From the human T2T-CHM13v2.0 reference genome, Homo sapiens, in NCBI RefSeq assembly GCF_009914755.1, contig NC_060940.1: a DNA stretch of 64,000 nt; one strand, given 5' to 3'. This document shows, one piece after another, positions 52,961-64,000 of the stretch; within the stretch, counting starts at the first letter, position 1; every line of letters starts with the position of its first letter. Position numbers and translations under genes: made by a program. A model generated the notes under the pieces. That model saw nothing but the letters and a program-made list of their open reading frames with translations. It was not told where the DNA came from and searched no databases.

Positions 52961-53234
52961 CTAGGATGCAGATTTGGGGGATTAATTTGTTTACTAATCT
53001 TTGATCTTTTGAATCAAATGCCTGATTATTTTTAATGTAAGAGATATATTTCTTTTTTTTTTTTTAGGTTTTTTGAGTTCTCATTTTTTTGGATCTTTCC
53101 TTTTGAAATAAAAATTATCAGTGAATTGATTTTCCTGGATACATTCTCCATGTATTTTCTCCTTCTACTTATCTTGTTAAATAGCCCCATCGCTTTCCAC
53201 TTTGACTTAATAACCCATGGAGGATTAATTCTGA

Positions 53235-53543
<309 letters not shown>

Positions 53544-55499
53544 CTCTCCCAAATCTTTTTACTTCATCTCTTAAAATACTAAATTTTTCTTTATAGCCGC
53601 TCTCCATATCTTGATATGGTGGAATTAATTCTCCTCTCTTGTTTTATTTCTCATCTCCTTTAATTTCAGAAACAAAGTAGGAGATGACTAGCACAAATTA
53701 GTAGAAACTAACAAGTGTAGGTGGTCAAATAGGCCTGAGTTTAATATTTGTAATTTGCTAGCTGGATAACCTACAGAAATTCACTTAATTCCTCATTTAT
53801 AAAGTGGGAGAAAATAATCTTATACCTCACTTTTTTAGGAAATAAGATAAGCAAAACATTTAGTTGTTGCTTTAGTGATATCTCGGTCTAAAACAAATGA
53901 AAGTTGTTTCACTAAGGTGATCTACTCAAAGAAAAGTGTGTTTGTTACTCATCCTAAGAGTTTGGTAGGTCCCATTGCAAATAGCAAATTCACATGACTT
54001 ATAATGGCCTGCTCAACAAAATATCAACACATTTCAACATATTTTATATTCAAGACACCACTAAATTTCTATCAATTTTTGTGTGCCTTATCCTTTATAT
54101 ATTTTTTGTTAAAAGGACTTTATGTTTGGCTGAAGTGTTCTTTGCTTTCCTTCCACCCAAATTTTTGCTCTTTCTTCAACCAGAACATATGATGCTTATT
54201 CCATGAAATATTTTCTAAATGCTTAAATCAACTGCAAGTGTTGGTGCTGGAACACTGAACACATACCTCTTAGCCTATCTAATAAGTTGAATCATAGTTA
54301 TATATGTCCATGTGTATCTCTCCCTCAGGTAGTTAGTACATTCAAGGACATAAAATATTTTATTTATTGTTACCAAGTTTTCTTTATACTATTCTCTAAT
54401 TTAGAATGTGGATTTTTACCAGGTATGGGTTGCAAAGAGGTAGGAACTAAGTATGTTTGCATCATATTTTATTTGTATTGTCCCATCCAGTCCTCAAAAT
54501 AGTCATTTCTCAAAAGTGTCTTGCATGGTGAAATAAGCAGTTGAAAAGACAAATTGGTAGGTGGAAGAATGAATGATTAGGCAAATGCTTTCTGGGTTAA
54601 AATAGTTTTTGGTATATGTATTCATTCACTAAATATTTGTTAAACTTATAATACAAAGTAAAACTGTTCTTCTATTCTGATATAAATACACCTTGAGTGA
54701 TTTATCATTCTAATTGCCTTGGAAAATAAATTCTTTTAAAACAGATATTTCAGAGATATTTTTCAAACTTAGTTAAACCAAATTATCTATCATTAATTTT
54801 TATTACACATTATGGTACAGACATATACAGGTTGTCTGTTCTGTGTTGCTTTCTGGAATGGTAAAGCACTGCCGGTGCTTGGACGATGGCCCCTTGATAC
54901 TCTTTGTACCATGCTCAGAGTGCTGGGGAAGCAGAGTCTGGGCTTCTTTCTGAGTCCTCAGGGAATCTTTTGAGGCTACTTTGCCCTGAGCAGTTTTACC
55001 CAAGCATGACATGTATCTGATTTCCTGTGAGGATGTTATACACAGAGAATCAATAACTCTTAGCGAAGAAGGGAAGATTACTTTTAGCATCTTTTTAAAA
55101 AAGTGACAGCTTTCTTTTATCAGTTGATTAATATAAGTATGTATAACCACATTACAACTAGCACACATTCATAGGGAAGATTAATCAGATCTGAATAGAA
55201 ATATAATAAAACCTTTTTTTAATTTCAGAGAAGAATTATTCATAACCCTTTAAAAATAAGCCTACTGAAAAGAATATTAAAAGATAATTTATATTTGTGA
55301 ACCATGGGCATTTTGGGGGCCAATAAAGATGGAATAGTGGAGCAGAATACAGTTGATGATTCAAAGTTGTATCCTCAATTTTATACCTCTGTCACTGTAA
55401 TGACATGGGCACATATATATATCCTGAGTTGGATCCATACCAGCCCTCAGGCATCTTTATAATAATGTGATTGCCAAGTAGATGAGCCCATGATCCATT

Positions 55500-56160
55500 A
55501 GTTATTTTATTCATTAAATCAAAAAATGATTGTTCATGCCTAATATATGCTGAGTACTATCTTACGTAATTGATGCATAGTAATTAGAAAAACAAAGATC
55601 ACTCCTGACTTCATAGTACATAGTGTCTATGAGGAAAGAATGTCAATTCACAGGTCAACCAATAAGCATGCAATTAGATAGTAAGAAAGAAATGCTAGGG
55701 TGTTGATAAACAAAATACGACTCTGATAAAGATTAATTAAAGAAAGCTACTGGGATAGGTTTGCTTTGAAAGACCTGAGGAAAAAAGCAATAAAAGAAAA
55801 TCAATGGAAGACTTTTAGAACATGAAGGAGTTAGTTATGGGGTTGAAATTCCAAGATGAACAGAGGGTATTCCCAACCTTTCTAAAACAAACAAACAAGA
55901 CTATTATTTTGGAAATTCACAGGAAAAATAGAGAATTAGAACATAATGAAGAAAGGGGAGAATGGCTTAAAGTTTAGTTGGAGAGTTTCAAACACTTTTT
56001 AATCTGATAAGCGATTTTAATATTATTTTATGTTCAATAAACGTTGAGATTTTTATTATTTGAATAATGTATTTAAAGTAATGACATGATTTAATTTATA
56101 TTTTAAATATAATTCTGACTTATTGTAAAAAATGACTTTAAAAGAACAACAACAAAAGTA
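55500..56160 (-). mobile_element. L2 remnant
   Basis: ttattcattaaatcaaaaaatgattg..tgcctaatatatgctgagtactatct...ctcctgacttcatagtaca; extent approximate. Confidence 0.55.
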
Positions 56161-56169
56161 GAAATGACT

Positions 56170-56574
56170 TGTGGTATTAATATTATGTGTCAACTTAACT
56201 GGGCTAAAAGATGCCCATATTGCTGGTAGAACATTATTACTGAGTGTGTCTATCAGGGTGTTGCTGGAAGATATTAGCATTTGATCTACAGACTGGATAA
56301 AGAAGATACCCTTACCAATGTGAGTGGCCATCCCCCAATCTATTGAAGGCCTTAACAGAACAAAGAGGCAAAGGAAGTACAAATTTGCTCTCTGTTTGAC
56401 AGGGATATCCACCTTCTCCTACCCTCAAACACTGGCAGTCCTGGTTCTCAAGACTTCAGACTCAGACTAACTTTCCTGTTTCTCCAGTTGTCAGACAGAT
56501 CATGGGAGTCCTTGGCCTCCATAATTATGTGAGCTTATTCCTATTTTATATGTCTATCTCTCTCTCTATCTCTA

Positions 56575-56629
<55 letters not shown>

Positions 56630-56671
56630 TTTACTGATTCTGTACTGATTCTGTTTACTCTAAATAATACA
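56170..56671 (+). mobile_element. MLT2D-like ERVL LTR
   Basis: tgtggtattaatattatgtgtcaacttaactgggctaa..gatgccca...cagactggataaagaagat...ttggcctccataattatgtgagc...taataca. Confidence 0.88.
56554..56625. repeat. Compound (CT/CTAT)n(GT)n microsatellite inside MLT2
   Basis: Direct reading; MLT2 elements commonly carry a microsatellite at this position. Confidence 0.95.
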
Positions 56672-57609
56672 CAATAAACATATAAATGGAAATAATTGAG
56701 TCTGTCCCTGGAGATTTCAACGTGAGAGAAAAGAACCCAAAGACATCAATCAGAAGCCAATATATCTTAATTATTTTGATTGAAATGTAGTTTAGATGGA
56801 GAAGGACACCGGGGTGAGAAATTAATAAGATATTGCTAGCCTGAGGCTTATATTTTTTTCTGTGATGTTCCCTGTATGAATTAGGCTGAAATCAAGACAC
56901 ACTTCATTTTTATTTGGTCTAAGAAAATTTTCTAAATTTCTGTAATCCCAAAGGGATCTGGACTGTTTAAGTTATTTTTGAAAATTTAGAGAGCACCGTC
57001 CCTGGATAGAAGAAAACAAACCTAAAAATACATGATTATGTGAGGAAATAATTCATTTATGTTCCCACATACATTATTTTACTTATATTGATGAATACAA
57101 GTAACTTATTGTATACATACCATCTCCACAATATCATACAAATCATTAGAAACTGCAGATTTATTAGTTAAAAGAACGTAGCCTTTCATTCCTTCCATTT
57201 TTTTTTAGGGACAACCTGGGACTTGAATGACATTCAATCTTGTTAAATTCTGCTGTCTGTTATCAGTATAAACATCTATATTGGAGCTTATTATGATAAT
57301 ATATATGAGTGTGATTAACTGGCTTTACCTTCCTGAATAAAAAAAAGTTAAATTGGTTCTTCTTTAGTTTCTTCTTCCCCCCAAAGAAAGATTGATATTG
57401 ACAATATTCAAACTTTCATTTAGCTTTAGTTTTCTATGAGAAACATTTGAGAACAGCAAAGGGATGGTTCCTCTTCTCTGCTTTATGGCTTGGAAATAGT
57501 TTTACGTGAAAGATTCTCCTGATCCATATGATCATTGAGAAAAATCCAATAGGTAGGATGAGAACATATTCTATACTTTTCAAACTTCTAGAGAATGCCA
57601 GATTCCTTA

Positions 57610-57710
57610 TTCAGTTTAACAAACGTTCCTTTACCTTCTACTGTGTGTCATGTATGAGGTATGTAGGGACTCAAAATACAGTATCTGTCTTCAAGGTGTT
57701 CATGGTCCAG
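57610..57710 (-). mobile_element. L2 3' remnant hosting THE1
   Basis: attcagtttaacaaacgttc...ctactgtgtgtca...tctgtcttcaaggtgttcatggtccag. Confidence 0.55.
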
Positions 57711-58047
57711 TGTATTAGCTCATTTTCATGCTGCTAATAAAGACATACCCAAAACTGGGAACAAAAAAAGTTTAACTGGTGGCACTTCTTACATGGTGGC
57801 AGCAAGAGAAAATGAGCAAGAAGTAAAAGCAGAAAATGAGCAAGAAGCAAAAGCAAGAAGCAAAAGCAGAAATGCCTGATAAACCCATCAGATCTCGTGA
57901 GACTTATTCACTATCACAAGAATAGCACAGGAAAGACCGGTCCCCAGGATTCAATTACCTTCCCTTGGGTCCCTCCCATAATGGGTGAGAATTCTGGAAG
58001 ATACAATTCAAATTGAGATTTGGTGGGGACACAGCCAAACCATATCA
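57711..58047 (-). mobile_element. THE1C-like MaLR solo LTR
   Basis: tgtattagctcattttcatgctgctaataaagacataccc...ggggacacagccaaaccatatca with 5-bp TSD TCCAG (57706-57710, 58048-58052); has an internal deletion and a gcaagaagcaaaa expansion. Confidence 0.93.
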
Positions 58048-59409
58048 TCCAGTAAAAAATAATTGGTAAGTAAATGACAATGAAAATCTAGGGAGAAAAG
58101 ATAAATGATTGAGCTATTAATAACATTATGATCCTGTAAAATTGGAACATGGATTTTATTTTCAGTTTCCAAATAAATACAGTTCTTCTGGAATCTATCC
58201 CAGACTAATTGCTTCCTTAGCAATTTCCCAACATGTCTGACAGCTCCTAAATAATTAAACAAAACACTAGTTCAAGAAATATCTTTAGCCACTAAATTTG
58301 AAAGTAGTTTCGAGATCCTTTTCGGTAAGTTGATCAATACAGATTACATGCCACATCATCCACTTTGAATTTATTCCTATAGTTTATCTTAGCTTTGAGT
58401 GTAGCCATGGTTAATTGCTAATCCATATTCATCGAACATCACAAATGAGGGCATAGTCAGGGGATACTTCATGTACCATCTCATCTACTGTGGAAAGTTA
58501 TAGGCTCAAATTTTCATCATCTTTTACAGTTGTTCGATTTCTCTACACCTCTTAGAATAAAAAAATGAAAAAAAAATCGTTGCAGATCATCATAAATTTT
58601 GCATGGTGAAGCTTAGCAGGTAATGACTTATTAGAAACAGGGACATAATTGAAATTGCCATCATATACCAGTTGAATTGGTTTAGTTGGACCATATGAGT
58701 TAAAGATATCTTTTCAGTTGTGAAATTATTTATATTTTCCAAGGCACCAACTCTACTAACATTGAAAATGTAATTATTGGAATGTTTTATGAATTCTAGT
58801 TGAAATTACCTCTAAATTAATGTGAGGCATAGAGTTGTAAATTAATGCTTACTACTTAAACTCCTAGATATTTCCAAATCAGATTTATTCTTTCACCCTG
58901 AGTCCAAAGATTGTTGAAAACTCTATGGTAGATGGGCCACTAAAATGATATGAATAAGGAAACAGGAAATTCAATTCTGATTCAGAATAGGCTAATTTTG
59001 TAGAGTTTTCCAACTCTGAAATATATTGTACTAAAATTTTTAACTGTTTTGGTTGTCCAGCATGACATGCAAGCAAAAATTGAACTATGCAATTAACATT
59101 TTGATTTTTGTAAGCAATTATATATATAAATATTAGTTAGGAGGTAGCAACTTGTCACATAAAAAAGTTTGTGAAATGTAATCTTTATCTAGCCTTCAAA
59201 TTTTTACAATTTTATCTCATGTTAATGATTCACCTACAATTTCCAGAACTTTTCAACACTAAAAAATTAATATTTTTATTAATTAAGGACATAAGTTAAT
59301 AAAAATATCATGCCCATTTCTGCTTTCAACCATGTTTCCAACTTCTCTATTGGTTGACTTAGTGTAGTGAAAGAGAATTTAAAAACAGTGTTAGAAATTA
59401 GATGAACGC

Positions 59410-59790
59410 TGCCTTTGTCTATTTTCTGCTGCTATAACAGAGTAACACAGACTGGGTAATTCATAAATAGAAAAATGTATTTGACTCATGGTCGTGAAAG
59501 TTGAGAAGTCTAAGAGCATATTGCTGGCATTTGAGGAAGGCCATCCCATGGCAAAAGGCAGAAGGGCGGGAGCAACCATGGCAAGACAGAGAGCAAAACG
59601 GGGGCAAAATTTATCTTTTTATCATAAGCTCAGTTTTGTAATAACCCCCTCCCAGGATAACAGCATTAATTTCACCATGAGGGCGTAGCCTTTCTAACTC
59701 AATCATCTCTTAAAGGTTTCAATCTTCATACTGTCAAAATGGTAATTAAGTTTTCAATATATGAACTCAAAAGCCATTCCCATGACCTTG
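59410..59790 (-). mobile_element. MSTD-like MaLR LTR
   Basis: ttttctgctgctataacagagtaacacagactgggtaattcataaa...catcccatggcaaaaggcagaagggc...aatcatctcttaaagg. Confidence 0.85.
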
Positions 59791-60039
59791 TATAAGCAAC
59801 ATCAACTTATTAATCTTCTCTTACTGCCCCTATGAAATTACACTGGCTAAAATTTAAGAACAAAAACAATAAGTATTGGTCTTTAGCTTTCAGGGTTATA
59901 TATATTATTTCCTCTCAACGACAAATTCAAGCATAATATTTTTGAAGTCATACAACAGGAAATACACCCTTTGCTTAAAAATGTAGCTTCGTATTGCTTT
60001 CTGGACAAGATATAAACTTATTTTCATGGTTTTCCAAAT

Positions 60040-60150
60040 CTTATGGTTTTATAGATGAAAAGACTGAGCTTTAGAAAGACTAATTTTAATAACTACCACT
60101 GTTAACATGTGACCATGTATCTGAACTTGAGTCTAACTATGATGCTAACA
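60040..60150 (-). mobile_element. MIR fragment
   Basis: ttttatagatgaaaagactgagctttagaaag. Confidence 0.55.
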
Positions 60151-60319
60151 TTCCTCATTGTTACAATCTGCAGAGTATATAGGGTTTATCTTATCAAGAA
60201 AGTCTGTCAGTCTATGTTATAGCAGAAAATGATGGAAAACAAAAAAGGGTTTAACTAAAGAGAATGTAATTAGAAATTATGTAGAGAGTTGTAGGCAGAG
60301 TTGTGGAAATCAAAAGGAG

Positions 60320-60662
60320 CCATCTCAGCCTCTCAAAGTGCTGTAATCCCAGCACTTTGGGAGGCCAAGGTGGGCTGAACACTTGAGGTCAGGAGTTCGA
60401 GACCAGCCTGGCCAACATGGCGAACCCCATCTCTACTAAAAATACAAAAATTAGCCTGGTGTGGTAGGGCACACCTCTAATCCCAGCTACTAGGGAGGCC
60501 AAGGCAGGAGGGTTGCTTGAACCCAGGGGGCGGAGGTTTCAGTGAGCCGAGATCACAACACTGTACTCCAGCCTGGGTGACAGAGTGAGACACCATCTCA
60601 AAAATAAAATAAAATAAAATAAAATAAAATAAAATAAAATAAAATAAAATAAAATAAAATAA
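60320..60662 (+). mobile_element. AluSx/Sz-like SINE with an inverted 24-bp 5' head and (AAAAT)n tail
   Basis: Sense Alu starts at ctgtaatcccagc (60341), preceded by antisense Alu sequence at 60320-60343; aaaaggag on both flanks. Confidence 0.92.
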
Positions 60663-60880
60663 AAAAGGAGATGATGAATTGCACACAGACTAATAATAGC
60701 TAAAAGCAGTTTTCACAACTAAATTGTACGGGACAAGGGACGTGACTGATTTACCTAGAGATTCTGTTGAAATAGAGCTTGGGAGAAAGGCTACCCAACT
60801 GTATCCACAGAAAAATAAGTCATTTCCAGAGCCACAGAAAAGCAGGAAATAATCCCAAACTTTATATTGTTCAATGTCTC

Positions 60881-61150
60881 TTTTTTTTTTTTTTTTTGAT
60901 GGAATCTTGCTCTGTTGCCCAGGCTGGAGTGCAGTGGGCACGATCTCAGCCCACAACCTCTGCCTCCCACATTACAGTGATTCTCCTGCCTCAGCCTCCT
61001 TAGTAGCTGGGATTACAGGTGCACACCACCATGCCTGGCTAATTTTTGTATTTTTATTAGAGATGGGGTTTCACCATGTTGGCCAGGCTAGTCTCGAACT
61101 CCTGACCTCAGGTGATCCACTCACCTTGGCCTCCCAAAGTGCTGGGATTA
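60881..61150 (-). mobile_element. AluSx-like SINE, 5' truncated
   Basis: Poly-T then Alu body ending gctgggatta; TSD ttcaatg(t/c)ctctt at 60870-60882 and 61153-61165. Confidence 0.93.
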
Positions 61151-64000
61151 TATTCAATGCCTCTTACTGGACAAACTCGACAAAAGTTAGAAGGCATGGG
61201 AGCCAAGGAGATGTCATCCTTAGAGATCACAGAACGAGACAGGCCAGAAAACGGAGGAAAATAAAGAAGAGAAGAAAATAAAAAATAACTAAGCATAAAG
61301 ACTTTCTTGATACACCCCAATGGTGTTAGGAGTCCCTCTTGGTTTCTTCCTTTGCATTCTGTTTGTTTTTTGTATAAATTTTTATCATACTGTATAAAAG
61401 TTAATTTTTAAATTGTCTTAATCTACTCCTATCTCCTAGTATGCAAGATCTCTAAGAAAATGGACTGTGTCTCTTCTTTTCCCCACAATTCCATTTATAA
61501 TGTCTAAGATAATACCTGGAACACATTTTATACAATGCGTATACTAAATGAACAAATGAGAATGAATAAATATAAATAACAAAGAACCACTTTAAACTTC
61601 CAAATGTTCAAACTTCTAAACTTATATAAGTGAACCAAATTATTTATTCCTTTATGGCAAAAATTTGTTATTGCTACTGTTGTGGTTGTATTTGTTTGTG
61701 TGTTTGTGTGCATGTGTGGTGTCTGTGTAGGTGTACAGCTTACATGTAGCAAGAGGCACAAATGTTAAGCATACAGCTTTTCTAACATTTACATGTGAAT
61801 ACACTCACATGTTTAATAAATGGATTGATTTCCAGGGATACTACTCAAAATCTAGGCAAAAAGTTTTGTCCCGATCAGTATTAGTAGCTCATTAAATTGA
61901 AAAATCCAAGATTTCTATATGGGGGGACCTTAGAGTTGCCAATATGTGTTCTCGAGATCTTTCCTGCAGGCTCCATTTTGCATAGCAAGCTTTCTGTTTT
62001 CACTTGTATTGTTTATTTATCTTGGGTGATTTGGGGATCAGTACCTATGAAATTAAAGGCAGAGGCACTAAAATACATTGTGTGAATCTGGGAGGGACCA
62101 TTCATATTGTAATTTACCCTAGTGGTACCCTGTTGATAGTATGCTGGGATTGCAGTGATGAGCTAAAGCTCTCCCAAACCACTCTTTGGCCGCTATCCCT
62201 AGCACCATTGTGTTCATCATGTTCAAAGGAACTGCTGACAATGATTCTCTTTGTTTGTTAAACACATAAATGAGCTCATAGTTTGGTGCTGATTAACAAA
62301 TACACTGAATTTAGAGAACTTGATACACAGCCCACTGACCTTGTTACTTGTATTCCATCTTGAAATCCACTCAGTAGTTACACCAATATTATAATACCAA
62401 TGATTGGGCTTGATCCCAGTTTTCTCGTGTCAAAAAGAGAAAAATTTTTAAATAAAGCCAACTAGGGTGGGTTTAGTGACAATAAAATTTTGTTTAAATG
62501 TATAAAGCAAATAGCCCAATGTCTAAAACTTAATGTAACTACAATAAAACCATTTTCTCTTCCAGGTCATTTCTAAATTTTGTAAAAAGAATAAAATTAA
62601 AGGCACATCTTTATTTTTCTGTGAAGTATATCTTTAATTTCATACCCCCATTTCTTCTGGTTTGAGACTACCTCTAAGATACCATGCTATATCCCAGTAC
62701 TTTTTCTTACCCAAGTCATTTGTTTACCTGCATCAGTTTTCTAGTAATTTTGGCATGGAACACTATCAAAGACATTTATAATTAGATGAGTAATATTTGT
62801 TCCAGATTATTCCTTTACCCCCTTTCTTTAATGGAACTGTGAATATTTGTGATCTGTTTATATAGTTACATATATATAACCTTTAAAAGTTTCCCTTTGT
62901 CTACTTATATGTTGAAGAATTAATGAACTTAGTTCTTTGTGAAAAAGGAATAAAGCAAGCAGATGTGGGAGAAGTCCACTTTACGACTTCAGTGAACTGG
63001 TTGTGTTCTGATTAAAGAATAATGCTTAGAATTTCATATTGTCAACACAAGGGAAATTAGCATGTCCATATTTGAATTTAGTGCATAATTTGGCATGCAG
63101 TATAAGACCATAAATATGCTAGTACGTGCCTACGTAACAATTTGTGGCATGAATCACATGTAATATTTACTCTGAGTTGGTTTTAAAGCGCATTTGGAAA
63201 CCAGAATTAACCAGATGACACTTTATTATGTATTGGGACTGATGTAATGTAAAATTTAATTACATAATATTTCACACACAGCTGTGACAAAACATATATG
63301 AGCTTCCAAGATTCGCCAGCTAAACTGACATGAAGATCTTTTGGGAAGATTATCAAAGTGGGTTACCTTCTCTGGATAAATGAGAGTCTGTTTATATGTC
63401 CTGAGGCTCTTTTCTTAAATACTCAAATGCCATTTGTACCAAGTTCCTTTGAGAGAACAGATATGCTCTAGAGAATCTGTTACAACAAAGCAAAACAAAC
63501 AGTTCATCTGCAGCACCTTGAAAAGCATCACATGTAGTTGATGAGCTCGCCCTACTATAATCCCCTTTGTGTTTACAAAGCTTCAGATTTTTGGTATCTA
63601 ATTGCTAGCAAACAGTAGATAATAAAATGCACTCATCAAACCAAACAGGATTTGAGTTCATTTTGTGGCTACATTGTCTCTGTCTAAAAAAATTTTATCT
63701 GAAATGTGCTTAATGAAAAGCCATTTTACACCTAGAGAGAGAAATTTAATTAGAATAAAGTGAATGAGCTGCCAATACCATCAATTCAGTGAACATTTTA
63801 GTATTTACTCGGCACTGCGCAAGGAGACGAAGAGATATGGGAGATTGATTTTTTTAAAGGTTTGTGTTTCCAGAACTTTCTATTTGAGGTTATGTGGTAG
63901 TGTGGGAAACAGTCTCAAAGGCTGCAGAAGAGACCCTTTGATGCCCCCTTCCATGCTTCTGTTTCAAGAGCATCCTAACATTAGTCCAAGCTGAGCAAGG

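Overview
AT-rich primate (most likely human) non-coding genomic DNA, either intergenic or deep-intronic. I find no supportable protein-coding gene, RNA gene or CRISPR array. The long ORFs come from Alu, L1 or LTR sequence, or from low-complexity DNA. A large share of the window is interspersed repeat: about 20 Alu/FRAM copies, L1 remnants from L1PA2 to old L1M (including a fragmented near-full-length L1MD-like element at ~38.8-48.0 kb), solo LTRs (MER4A, two LTR16, MER52A, LTR12, LTR19, THE1C, two MST, MLT2D, MLT1), MER20, MER2, MER5, MIR and L2. Repeat families were recognised from remembered consensus sequences, so subfamily labels and ends without TSDs are approximate. The notable structures are: (1) a patchwork junction at 20.1-21.1 kb, where an old L1 is bridged by three pieces of a younger L1 in both orientations plus a ~180-bp copy of nearby DNA; (2) a ~72-bp inverted duplication around a perfect 32-bp (TG)5(TA)6(CA)5 palindrome beside a G-rich tract at 12.4-12.8 kb; (3) a CpG-island-retaining LTR12 nested co-directionally in a MER52A LTR, both with 4-bp TSDs; (4) two further fold-back scars, an 18-bp perfect hairpin in an MST LTR and an Alu with an inverted 5' head; (5) a few weak + strand exon candidates. 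I do not see a new biological system. The most unusual theme is repeated template-switch or fold-back scars.
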